DNA of 64,000 nt from Pseudomonadota bacterium (GTDB lineage Bacteria > Pseudomonadota > Alphaproteobacteria > Acetobacterales > Acetobacteraceae): positions 7,788-71,787 of the forward strand of contig JAFEFW010000636.1 in the NCBI GenBank assembly GCA_018240405.1. The letters are read 5' to 3'. The position numbers and the translations under genes were made by a program. The notes beneath the pieces are model-generated. The model searched no databases. It was not told the DNA's origin and saw nothing but the letters and a program-made list of their open reading frames with translations. Below, in pieces: positions 8,940-18,019 of the stretch (positions are counted from its first letter, which is position 1; the number at the start of each line of letters is the position of its first letter).

Positions 8940-9872
8940 ATGATGCAAGACATATCGCTGGACATGATTGGTGTACGCGAAGGTACTGACAAATCCTCTT
9001 TGGCTGGGGATTACCTTCGTCATTATGAGCGTATCCTTGGCCATCTTCGCGATAAGCCGCTGCAAATCCTGGAAATTGGCGTAGCCAGTGGCGCGTCGCT
9101 GCGAGTTTGGTCGCAATTTTTCCGACTGGGTACATTTGTGGGCGTTGACATTGGCGAAAGCTGTCGGGCTTTTGCCAATGATCGCGTGACCATTGAGATT
9201 GGATCACAGGCGGACGCAAATTTCCTAGACGAATTGGCGGGGCGATATCAGCCAGACGTCATAATCGACGATGGCTCCCACCGTTCTGCCGACATTTTTC
9301 TGACGTTTCGTCACCTCTTTCCGGCTCTCCGCAAGGGGGGCTTTTACGTTATCGAGGATCTCTATCTGCAATATGGGCCGGACGCTCCAAAATTTCATAC
9401 CGGCGGGCCAACGCCGGCGGAGTATTTCGCGGCTGTCGCGCAGCGTCTGGCCGCCAACTATGTTGAGCCGGATTGTGATCCGCAGATCGCCGATCTTGTC
9501 CAGTCCGTCGACGGCGTCAGCTTCATTCGCAACGCCGTCGTCATACGCAAGCGTGCTGAAGATGGAGCCGCAAGCGCACTTGACGACGTTTGGGCTGTCG
9601 CGGAGCAGGGTCAGCAACCGCTGACGTGGTTCCATCTCTCTCTTTCCCTCATTCAACGCAATGATTTCGTCAGAGCGGAGCAGGCGGCTCGCAACGCGAT
9701 TCGCCTTGCTCCGGGAAATCCGCACTTTTACGCTCGCCTCGCCCATGTGCAGGCCGCCCTCGGGGACCTGCCTGGGTCGGTCGCTTCCCTGGAGCGGTCG
9801 GTGGAACTCGAGCCTGGAAATCCCGGGTTCCAGAACGCTCTCAATTACGCCAAATCCCAGTTAAAGGCATAG
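8940..9872 (+). CDS. Sugar O-methyltransferase-like (MycE-type) protein with C-terminal TPRs
   Basis: GTDK, LEIGVASGASL, GVDI, GSQAD, IIDDGSH, GGFYVIEDL motifs; TPR-like helices (AIRLAPGNPHFYARLA; SVELEPGNP). Visibly more AT-rich than its neighbours. Confidence 0.8.
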   Translation: MMQDISLDMIGVREGTDKSSLAGDYLRHYERILGHLRDKPLQILEIGVASGASLRVWSQFFRLGTFVGVDIGESCRAFANDRVTIEIGSQADANFLDELAGRYQPDVIIDDGSHRSADIFLTFRHLFPALRKGGFYVIEDLYLQYGPDAPKFHTGGPTPAEYFAAVAQRLAANYVEPDCDPQIADLVQSVDGVSFIRNAVVIRKRAEDGAASALDDVWAVAEQGQQPLTWFHLSLSLIQRNDFVRAEQAARNAIRLAPGNPHFYARLAHVQAALGDLPGSVASLERSVELEPGNPGFQNALNYAKSQLKA

Positions 9873-9920
9873 CTTCGATAGCCCATCGCGCCGGATCAGC
9901 CGGCGCCTGGATCTCCGATG

Positions 9921-11165
9921 TCAGCCAAGCTCCCGCAAGATGGGCAGCAGATACTCGGCGAACAGCGGCGGGTTCTCGGCGAACGGGAAGTGGCCGATAC
10001 CGGGCATCGGCTTGAACACCGCGCCAGGAATCTTCTTCGCCGTCGCTTCTGACGCTTCGATCGTGCAGGAGTAGTCGTATTCTCCCGTCAACATGAATAG
10101 CCGGCAGCGCTTGGTGTCGATCTTGTGGACGCGGTCGCGCGCGTCCCAATCGCCGGAGTAAAACGCGATGTCGCCAAAGAACACCGACGGACCGCCCTGG
10201 CTGTAATGCCAAGCGATCGCCTCCTGGTACTCGGCCGGGCTTTGCGGTGCGCACAGCGCCCGGATCCATTCCGGAACGAAATACGCCTGATTCACCAGCG
10301 GGTGCGCCGCCCAACTCGTCTGCCGCCGCTCGATCTTCTCGCAGGCCTCGCAGGCAATAATGCCGCTGAACGCCTCGGGGTGGCGGTAGGCAAGCTCCAG
10401 GCAGATTTCGCCGGACATCGACGCGCCAAGCACGATCGGCTTCTCAAGCCCGGCCGCGGCAACGAAGCTCATGATCAGGTCGACATACAGATCGGTGTTC
10501 AATCGCCAGGAGCCAGGAATGCCGCCCTCCGGCGGCGGCGACTTGCCGTGCCACGGCAGGTCGAAGGCAACAAGCCGATTGCTGGCTATGACATCCGCCT
10601 CGGCCATCAGACCATGGAATTGCCGCGCGTCGGAGCCAGCGGTGTGAAGGCAGAGGACGTCCCGGCCCGTACCAACCGTCTCGTAGTAGATCTGGTAGGT
10701 CGTGTGGCCCAGCGTCACCGGTACGTAGCGGCCAGTGACCTCGGGAATTGGACGCAGGCCATCCCGCGGCGCGAGGCTGGCGGGCGTGGGCCCCTTATAG
10801 CCATGCGCCAGCCACTTGCCGACCTCCAGCACACGCCGCACCACATGCGCGTGCTGCATGAACGCCAGTTCGTCGCCGGTGATGGCGAACTCCGGCACCC
10901 GATAGTGCATGGCGAACATGCCATGATGGTGCCGTGGCGGAACCTCCTGCAGGAACTTCGTCCAGACCGCCGTCGGTGCCGCCAGGGTGAAGGCCGGCGT
11001 CCGGCCCTCATGCTGCTGCACCTTGCCGTTCACCACGTTGAAGACGGCGGTGTCGGAACCCGACGTGATGGCGAAGCTGACGGACCACGCGCCTTCCCAG
11101 GCGTGCAGCGTGGCGTCATGGGCACAGGCTTTCCGCCAGGCGGCGGCGTCGGGAAAATGGATCAT
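9921..11165 (-). CDS. Alpha/beta hydrolase with N-terminal SCP2-like domain, 414 aa
   Basis: True start ATG at 11165 overlaps the upstream stop (ATGA); CLHTAG oxyanion loop, GASMSG nucleophile elbow, GEYD, GIGHFP. Confidence 0.85.
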   Translation of the reverse strand: MIHFPDAAAWRKACAHDATLHAWEGAWSVSFAITSGSDTAVFNVVNGKVQQHEGRTPAFTLAAPTAVWTKFLQEVPPRHHHGMFAMHYRVPEFAITGDELAFMQHAHVVRRVLEVGKWLAHGYKGPTPASLAPRDGLRPIPEVTGRYVPVTLGHTTYQIYYETVGTGRDVLCLHTAGSDARQFHGLMAEADVIASNRLVAFDLPWHGKSPPPEGGIPGSWRLNTDLYVDLIMSFVAAAGLEKPIVLGASMSGEICLELAYRHPEAFSGIIACEACEKIERRQTSWAAHPLVNQAYFVPEWIRALCAPQSPAEYQEAIAWHYSQGGPSVFFGDIAFYSGDWDARDRVHKIDTKRCRLFMLTGEYDYSCTIEASEATAKKIPGAVFKPMPGIGHFPFAENPPLFAEYLLPILRELG

Positions 11166-12046
11166 TGCGGATCGATCACTTTCAGCATGACCGGATGGTA
11201 GTTCTCGCCGTAGCCAGCAGCCTCGGCCTTTTTCAGCCGCTCCATGGTCAGCTGCGCGCCCGGCACGTCCAGGCCGGACTCGGCCGCCATCTCCAGCGCG
11301 TAGGACAGGTCCTTCATCGCGTAGCGCGTGGAGAACGCCCGCTCCGGAAACACACCCGGCAGCATCGCCTTCATGCCGTGGTTGCGCAGCACGAAGCTGT
11401 CGCCGGACCCCAGTGCCATCGTCGGCAATAGGACCTCCGGCGGCACGCCGTGGCGGCGGCCGATGGCCATCGCCTCGGCCAGCGCGGCGGTGTGCTGGAA
11501 CACCAGCATATTGTTGAGGATCTTCACCACCTGCCCGCAGCCGACCGGTCCGCAATGCGAGACGTCGGAGCCCATAGTGTCCAGGATCGGCTTGATCCGC
11601 GCGAAGGTCTCGGGCGAGGCGCCGACCATGATCGACAAGTCGCCCTTGGCGGCCGCCTCCCGCGTCCGGGCTACCGGGGCATCCGCATACTGCACGCCTT
11701 TGGCCGCCAGACGTTCCCCGATCCGCCGAGTTAGGGACACCGAAGAGGTGGAGGTGTCGACGACGCACTGGCCGGCGCGCAAATGTGGTTCGAGCGCGGT
11801 GACGACAGCATCGACCGCCTTGCCGTCGGGTAGCGACATCACAATGACATCGGCCTGCGCCGCCAGTTCCGGCAGGGTCGCCGCGGTAACACCGAACGCG
11901 GCCAGGCGCTCTACCGGTTCGGGACGCAGGTCGTGGGCCAATACTCGCTTGCCGGAGCGGCGCGCGAGATGGCCGCACATGGGTTCGCCCATCACGCCGA
12001 GGCCGATGAAGCCGATCGTGCCGATCTCTGATCTTGCGCTGGACAT
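11162..12046 (-). CDS. NAD(P)-dependent beta-hydroxyacid dehydrogenase (3-hydroxyisobutyrate DH family)
   Basis: GFIGLGVMGEPM Rossmann motif, VDTSTS, YADAPV, GCGQVVKILNN, MKDL; strong GAGGAGG RBS. Confidence 0.92.
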   Translation of the reverse strand: MSSARSEIGTIGFIGLGVMGEPMCGHLARRSGKRVLAHDLRPEPVERLAAFGVTAATLPELAAQADVIVMSLPDGKAVDAVVTALEPHLRAGQCVVDTSTSSVSLTRRIGERLAAKGVQYADAPVARTREAAAKGDLSIMVGASPETFARIKPILDTMGSDVSHCGPVGCGQVVKILNNMLVFQHTAALAEAMAIGRRHGVPPEVLLPTMALGSGDSFVLRNHGMKAMLPGVFPERAFSTRYAMKDLSYALEMAAESGLDVPGAQLTMERLKKAEAAGYGENYHPVMLKVIDPQ

Positions 12047-12211
12047 ACGGTTTCCTCCTCGGGTGATCTTGCGGCCTGTGCACCATGTTCGGCGCAGACT
12101 GGCAAGGGCCTCTCGGGAAGACCGCTACCGAGATATGCGTGGTCGCTGACGCTCAGGAACGGCAGCGCGCTTGGCGCTTGAACAGGGCCGTCCAAGGCAT
12201 GTATCCAGCCG

Positions 12212-15200
12212 GTGATGGCCACAAGCGAAGCATCCGACGCAATGACGGAAGGCGGACCGCCCAGCAACAATGAGCTGGTGCAGATGTTGGAAAGCCTGGG
12301 CGGCGCCGGCAGCGGCGGCGAATTCGGCGCATTTCTCAAGAGTCTCGGTGCCGACGGTGAAGGCTTGCTGCGCGACTGCGATCTGGGGCACGACCTGCTG
12401 ATCAGAGCCTTGGAGAACCGGCTGGCGGGTGTCGGCGAGCCGCAACATACGATCGTTTTTAAGACAAATCACAGCGACAAATGGTGGACGAAGGATCGGC
12501 GCTATTGGATGGCAGCGCCGTCACCGCTCAAGCTTGCCGATGCCGACGAGGAGACCGCTACACGGAGCCTGTGCGCACGCCAACAGCGGCTGCGCGACAA
12601 ATTGGTTGCCGACCTGACGCAAGGCGGCCGGATTTTCGTTTTCCGTCACGCTTTGCGAAACCTGAACGAAGCCGAAGTCGAACGCCTGCACGCGGCAATT
12701 ACAAGTTTTGGTCCGTCGACCTTGCTGTACGTGCGTTCTGCTGACGAGTGCCACCCTGCTGGTACCGTAAAGCTGGTCCGGCCCGGCCTGCTGGTAGGTG
12801 CGATGGCGCGTTTCATCGTATCGCCGGACAACCAGTATCTGGGCCCTGTTCATGATGCCTGGCACGCTCTGTGCAGCGCTGCGCTTCGCGTCTACATGTC
12901 GCCATCGCCGGCCGAACCGGGGACGGCAAAGGCCGCCGCGCCACCCGCCGTGGCGGTGCCCGCCGAACCATCTCCCGCAGGCGCAGCGGCGATTGCGGGA
13001 CCGTCGACTGGAGCCACTGCGGCCACGCCACCGGCCGCGCACACCTCGTCGCGACCACCGCCATGCACTCCGGAGCCTGCCGAAACCTCGGCGCTCGATC
13101 GCGCGGGCATCGCGACATCGCCTGGCCTGGACCCGACTGCATCGGCCAGCCAGGCGGTGCCCGAGGTGCCTGCCGACGGCGAAACGCCGCCCATTGCGAG
13201 GCCGGCCATTCTTGCGACTCCGGCTGGCGCCCGACCGCCGCGCCTGATCGTCGCCGTCGGCAACTGCCAAGTGGCCGCCATGGCCGGATTGTTCCGGAAG
13301 TTCTCGGCCGCCCGTACCGGTGACCGGATCGAGGCGATCGCCTCCTACCAGGACCTCAGCGCCGAAGCCCTGGACATGATCGGCCAGGCCGACGTGCTCA
13401 TTGAGCAGATCCTCGACGTGGCACCGAAGGCTGACGTGGTGGGCATTCCGGCCACGGCACAGCGCCTGTATATACCGTCCGTCTCCGCATCATTTCTTTG
13501 GCCCTTTGCCGGCCAGGCGCATCCGCGGAATTTCGTACCGTCTTTCATGACCGTCGGGCCATACGGCGGGGAAGCCGGCGATTCTATGTTGAACCGTTTC
13601 ATTGCCGCCGGCACGGACCCGGAGCAGGCCGTCGAGACATACATGGCGCTTGACGCACGTGCACGCATCAACCTGGATCGTCTGTTCGAACTCGTTATGG
13701 ACCGGCAGCGATCGCGCGATGCGACGGCGGGCTACCGGACTGCCGACACCATCGAGTCTTATTTCCGTACAGAACAGATTTTCCTCAGTCCTTTTCATCC
13801 AAATTTGCGTGTCGCCCTCTCACTCGCCACGCAATTCTTTCAGCAGCTTGGTGCCAGCCAGGATGACATCGATCGGCTGCACAGGTATACCCGCGTCGCC
13901 CCCTTCCCGCGTGATGAGTTACCGATCCACCCGAGTGTCGCCAAACATTTTGACCTCACCTGGGCCTTGCCGGACAAGCGGTATCGTTTCATGAATGAGG
14001 GAAGTTTTACCGCCCGCGAGTACGCCCTCCGCTATATTCACTTCACGTGGAATGAACCGCTTGAGGAGGGGTTGGCGCTGATACGGAGCGGCACGACCGA
14101 GGCCGCGGAAGAAAAACTCAAAGCCGGATTGGCGCTGAGCCCGCAAAGCGCTTCTGCGCATGCGTCACTTGCCCGGCTCTATGCGACACGGCCAGCGGAC
14201 CGTGGTGCGGCCTACGCTGCCATCCGGAGAGCCGTGGAGCTGGAGCCGGACTCAGCCGCCTACCTCGGTATGCTCGGCAACTTCTTGCGTGAAGACGGGG
14301 TAGCGGACGAGGCGGAGCCAATATTGCGGCGGGCGCTCGCAGCAGCACCGGAGGATTCGTACTACTACCTGATACTGGCCATTCTGCTGCGGCAGATCGG
14401 CCGCCACCGCGAAGCCTGCGACCTGATGCAGCAGGCTACCGAAATCGAGCCATATATTGCGCAACTGCGCGCACAACGTGCCGAATTCCTTGAAGCTGCC
14501 GGAGAACTGGAGGCGGCGATCGAACAACTCGATGCCGCCATGCGCCTCGAATCCGGCAACAGCTCCTGGCTGCAACGCCGTCTCGGCCTGCTCACGCGCC
14601 TCGGCCGGCTCGATGACGCGATCGAGGCCGCCCGCCAATCCGTGGCTACCGCGCCGCACGACGTGCGCACTCGCGTCGTACTGAGCCAGTTGCTGTGTCG
14701 TGCCAACCGGGTCACGGAAGGCCTGATGGAGGCTTATAACGCTGCGATCCACCAGCCACCCCATGCCGATGCGTTTGCGCAGCTTGGTGCGGCGCTCAGA
14801 CAGAACAATGACTTCGACCCAGCCGAACGTGCCTTTCTGCGCGCCATCGAACTCGCCCCGGAGGTTGCACATTTCCACCATGAGCTGAGTGTCATCCATG
14901 CGCAGCGTAAGAACTGGGGCGCCGCGGTTGCCGCAGCGTCGGAAGCTATTGCGCGCGAGCCGTCAAACCCGGCCCGATTGATGCACATCGCCGGCCTGCT
15001 GGCCGCTCGTGGTGATCATGCCGGTGCGGCATCCGCGATCCGAAAAGCCGTCGATATGTCGCCCGACAACGCAACCTACCGCATCGCGCTCGGACGCGCG
15101 CTGGTGGAGCAAGGAAAGGCGGCAGAGGCCTTGCTTGGCTTCCAGGCCTACGCCCTGGCACATGCCGAGGACACACAGGTTCTGGCTCACCTCGCTTACC

Positions 15201-15355
15201 TGCAGGAGCAGAACGGTGACGCGGCTGCGGCAGAGCGGACAGTGCGCCAGGCACTGGAACGCGATCCTGGTAACACCGCACTCCACCGCCAGCTTGAGGC
15301 ATTGACCGCACGGCGCGAGCCCGCGTCCGCGGCTGCGTACCGCGTCATCGTTTGA
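12212..15355 (+). CDS. Multidomain protein: ESLG-type N-domain, Pro/Ala linker, WcbI-like polysaccharide domain, long TPR array
   Basis: VGNCQ, FLWPF, PYG..DS, FLSPFHP, ELPIHPSVAKHF (WcbI-like); many AxxLxPxxxxAxxxLG TPR units in the last ~430 aa. Confidence 0.8.
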   Translation: MMATSEASDAMTEGGPPSNNELVQMLESLGGAGSGGEFGAFLKSLGADGEGLLRDCDLGHDLLIRALENRLAGVGEPQHTIVFKTNHSDKWWTKDRRYWMAAPSPLKLADADEETATRSLCARQQRLRDKLVADLTQGGRIFVFRHALRNLNEAEVERLHAAITSFGPSTLLYVRSADECHPAGTVKLVRPGLLVGAMARFIVSPDNQYLGPVHDAWHALCSAALRVYMSPSPAEPGTAKAAAPPAVAVPAEPSPAGAAAIAGPSTGATAATPPAAHTSSRPPPCTPEPAETSALDRAGIATSPGLDPTASASQAVPEVPADGETPPIARPAILATPAGARPPRLIVAVGNCQVAAMAGLFRKFSAARTGDRIEAIASYQDLSAEALDMIGQADVLIEQILDVAPKADVVGIPATAQRLYIPSVSASFLWPFAGQAHPRNFVPSFMTVGPYGGEAGDSMLNRFIAAGTDPEQAVETYMALDARARINLDRLFELVMDRQRSRDATAGYRTADTIESYFRTEQIFLSPFHPNLRVALSLATQFFQQLGASQDDIDRLHRYTRVAPFPRDELPIHPSVAKHFDLTWALPDKRYRFMNEGSFTAREYALRYIHFTWNEPLEEGLALIRSGTTEAAEEKLKAGLALSPQSASAHASLARLYATRPADRGAAYAAIRRAVELEPDSAAYLGMLGNFLREDGVADEAEPILRRALAAAPEDSYYYLILAILLRQIGRHREACDLMQQATEIEPYIAQLRAQRAEFLEAAGELEAAIEQLDAAMRLESGNSSWLQRRLGLLTRLGRLDDAIEAARQSVATAPHDVRTRVVLSQLLCRANRVTEGLMEAYNAAIHQPPHADAFAQLGAALRQNNDFDPAERAFLRAIELAPEVAHFHHELSVIHAQRKNWGAAVAAASEAIAREPSNPARLMHIAGLLAARGDHAGAASAIRKAVDMSPDNATYRIALGRALVEQGKAAEALLGFQAYALAHAEDTQVLAHLAYLQEQNGDAAAAERTVRQALERDPGNTALHRQLEALTARREPASAAAYRVIV

Positions 15356-15430
15356 AACCGCTCGACAGGCCAACGCCTGTTCTATGCGGTCAATTCGGCA
15401 CCGACCGTCTTCCCTGGATCGTCCAGGGCC

Positions 15431-16549
15431 CTACACAGCCATCATTGACAAGCGGCTGAATGAGAATGCCAGACGCCGGTCATCGCGCCCGCCCGCAACC
15501 AGGATAGGACTTGCTGCAAAAGGATGATCCAGCAGCAGCTTTACTGCTTCACCATCGGCAATCAGATTGCCAGGAATGGTGCAATAGAGTTGCCCTCGTG
15601 GCGCCGGGTCGAAGCTTTTCACAAAGCTGCCGTTCACCGACACATCCAGCCGCTGCCGTGGCAGCAGCGGCGGTGACACGTACGGGATGACGTCCATTTC
15701 CAGCCAGTATTCCTCTGCCGGACCCAGGTTCGGCAGGGTAATCAGGCTGCGTTCGCCAACCGCCCACTGATAGCCCGCCTCGGGGCCGGACCAGCCGATG
15801 CCCAGATGCGGGCGCGCGTTGCCATCGGTACCGAAGCTCAGGTCGACCCGCCGCATACGGGCCGTTGCCTCGCGCCCGGCCTGGACACGGTCGGGCTCCG
15901 GTAGCAACCAGATGGCGTGAGCGGCGCGCAGGACCGACAGCCAGGAGCGAAGGTGGAGATTCGGCACGTCTTCCCGTGGTGCCAGCCGATTGACGTAGCC
16001 GACGATCAACCGTTCATCCGCTACGGTCACGGAGCCTGGCGGATGGCCTGGGCAAGCCTCTTGCACCCACAACAAGGTGTTTGGCCCGTAAGCCGACAGC
16101 GCGACACGCAGATCCACGAGATCGGTCGCCAGCAGCGGTTCATTCTGCCGAAACACGAGGATCTTGGAGGGAGTCTCCAGGTCGCTGATCAGCTTGTCGG
16201 TCAGGAACCGGACAGTCCGCGTCTGCTGGGCATGCAACGTCTCCGGCGTCGCCTCGCCGGCCTTGATGTGGGCGTGGTAATAGAAGTCGTACTGGGTCAG
16301 CTTGACCATGTACTCGCCGTTTTCCTCGTGGACACGGATCGAGGCGGGATCGGCGATGCCATGGAACCGGTTGGCGAGAGCGCGCAGCAATGAACGGAGC
16401 GGCGCGCCGGAAAAACGCAGCAGGCCAAGCGGTTCGGCGCCTACATGGCGCTGAACCAGGCCCAGCTCACAATTGTCACCGACGCTTTCAAAATTCAGCA
16501 CCAGGTCGCGGTCGTCGAGCGCCGGGGCGGCGTCGGTCGCAGAATCCAT
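15431..16549 (-). CDS. Hypothetical protein: FESVGDNCE N-domain plus C-terminal beta-sandwich
   Basis: GAGGAGG RBS; starts 45 nt after the nuoN stop; N-domain aligns by eye with the N-domain of 12212..15355. Confidence 0.8.
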   Translation of the reverse strand: MDSATDAAPALDDRDLVLNFESVGDNCELGLVQRHVGAEPLGLLRFSGAPLRSLLRALANRFHGIADPASIRVHEENGEYMVKLTQYDFYYHAHIKAGEATPETLHAQQTRTVRFLTDKLISDLETPSKILVFRQNEPLLATDLVDLRVALSAYGPNTLLWVQEACPGHPPGSVTVADERLIVGYVNRLAPREDVPNLHLRSWLSVLRAAHAIWLLPEPDRVQAGREATARMRRVDLSFGTDGNARPHLGIGWSGPEAGYQWAVGERSLITLPNLGPAEEYWLEMDVIPYVSPPLLPRQRLDVSVNGSFVKSFDPAPRGQLYCTIPGNLIADGEAVKLLLDHPFAASPILVAGGRDDRRLAFSFSRLSMMAV

Positions 16550-16594
16550 CAGGCCTCCTCACGTCCCCCGGCAGCCGACGGCGCCGGAGCGCCG

Positions 16595-18019
16595 TCAGCG
16601 AAACAGGACGCTGGCCGCCGCCTGCGCTGCGCCGACGATCGGCGCCGGGAATATGAAGAAGAATGCCGTAAACAGGCCGGTGGCCGCCACCACGAAAGAC
16701 AGGCCGGCCGGCCGCTGATCGAACGGCTCCGCGGCGGTATCAAAATACATCACCTTGATGACGCGGATGTAGTAGTACGCGCCCACGACCGACGTCAGTA
16801 CGCCGATCACGGCCAATGTCCACAGCCCACCCTGTACGGCGGCGAAGAAGATGTACAGCTTGGCGAAGAACCCGGCCATCAGCGGGATGCCGGCCAGGCT
16901 GAACATGAACACCGCGAGTGCCAGGGCCAGGATCGGGTCGTTGCTCGCCAGACCCGACAGGTCGGAAATCTGCTCAACCGGCCGCCCCTTACGACGCATG
17001 GCCAGGATGCAGCCAAACGTGCCGGCCGTCATGAACACGTAGATGACCATGTAGACCAGCGTGCCGCGCACACCAGCTGCATTGCCGGTGGCAAGACCGA
17101 TCAGCGCGTAGCCCATGTGGCCGATCGACGAGTAAGCCATCAGGCGCTTGATGTTGCTCTGCCCAATGGCGGCAAACGCGCCGAGCAGCATCGAGGCGAT
17201 CGAAACAATCACCACCAGCGACTGCCAGGCGCCGACGACCGGCGCGAAGGAGGTGCCCATCACCCGCAGCAGCAACGACATCGCCGCCACCTTCGGCGCG
17301 GTAGCGAAGAACACCGTCACCGGCGTTGGCGCACCCTCATACACGTCGGGTGTCCACATATGGAACGGCACCGCCGACACCTTGAAGGCCAGGCCCACCA
17401 GCACGAACACGATGCCGACTACCAGCCCTGGCGATACGGCGTTCGGCTGCATCAGCAGGGTGCGCAACGCGTTCAAATCCATGGTGCCGGAGAAGCCGTA
17501 GACCAGCGACGTGCCATAGAGCAGCAGGCCGGATGCCAGGCTGCTCAGCACGAAGTATTTCAGGCCGGCTTCCGAGGACCGTACGTCGTCGCGCGCGAAC
17601 GCGGCGAGGACGTAAAGCGCCAGGGACTGCAACTCCAGGCCCAGATAGAGCGTCATCAGGTTGCCGGCCGAGGCCATGACCATCATGCCAACGGTCGAGA
17701 ACATCATCAGCACCGGGAACTCAAACCGCGCGATGCCCTGCGCCCTGTTCCAGTCCAGCGCCAGGATGGAGGCCAACGCGGCGCCCGACAGGATCAGGAT
17801 CTGGTTGAAAGCGCTGAACGGGTCGGCAAGGAACTGGCCGCTGAAGCCGACACCGTTGCCGCGGTTCAGCACGAGCACGCCGGCGAGCAGGAAGCCACCG
17901 AGGGCGAACATGGTGGCCAGCAGGGTGTTGTCCTGCCCTTTGCGCAGCACGCCGAAGATCATTGTCGCCATGGCGACGCAGGCGAGCACAAGCTCCGGAA
18001 GGACGAGCGTCCAGTTCAT
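16595..18019 (-). CDS. nuoN: NADH-quinone oxidoreductase subunit N
   Basis: Start MNWTLVLPEL at 18019; SSEAGLKYFVL, FKVSAVPFHMWTPDVYEGAPT, KRLMAYSSI. Confidence 0.97.
   Translation of the reverse strand: MNWTLVLPELVLACVAMATMIFGVLRKGQDNTLLATMFALGGFLLAGVLVLNRGNGVGFSGQFLADPFSAFNQILILSGAALASILALDWNRAQGIARFEFPVLMMFSTVGMMVMASAGNLMTLYLGLELQSLALYVLAAFARDDVRSSEAGLKYFVLSSLASGLLLYGTSLVYGFSGTMDLNALRTLLMQPNAVSPGLVVGIVFVLVGLAFKVSAVPFHMWTPDVYEGAPTPVTVFFATAPKVAAMSLLLRVMGTSFAPVVGAWQSLVVIVSIASMLLGAFAAIGQSNIKRLMAYSSIGHMGYALIGLATGNAAGVRGTLVYMVIYVFMTAGTFGCILAMRRKGRPVEQISDLSGLASNDPILALALAVFMFSLAGIPLMAGFFAKLYIFFAAVQGGLWTLAVIGVLTSVVGAYYYIRVIKVMYFDTAAEPFDQRPAGLSFVVAATGLFTAFFFIFPAPIVGAAQAAASVLFR

Noticed and set aside
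9921-12086. 721-aa ORF in the track
   Set aside because: It is the hydrolase frame staying open through the dehydrogenase gene. The upstream 300 aa are low-complexity Arg/Gly/Pro, and the real start is the ATGA overlap at 11165.
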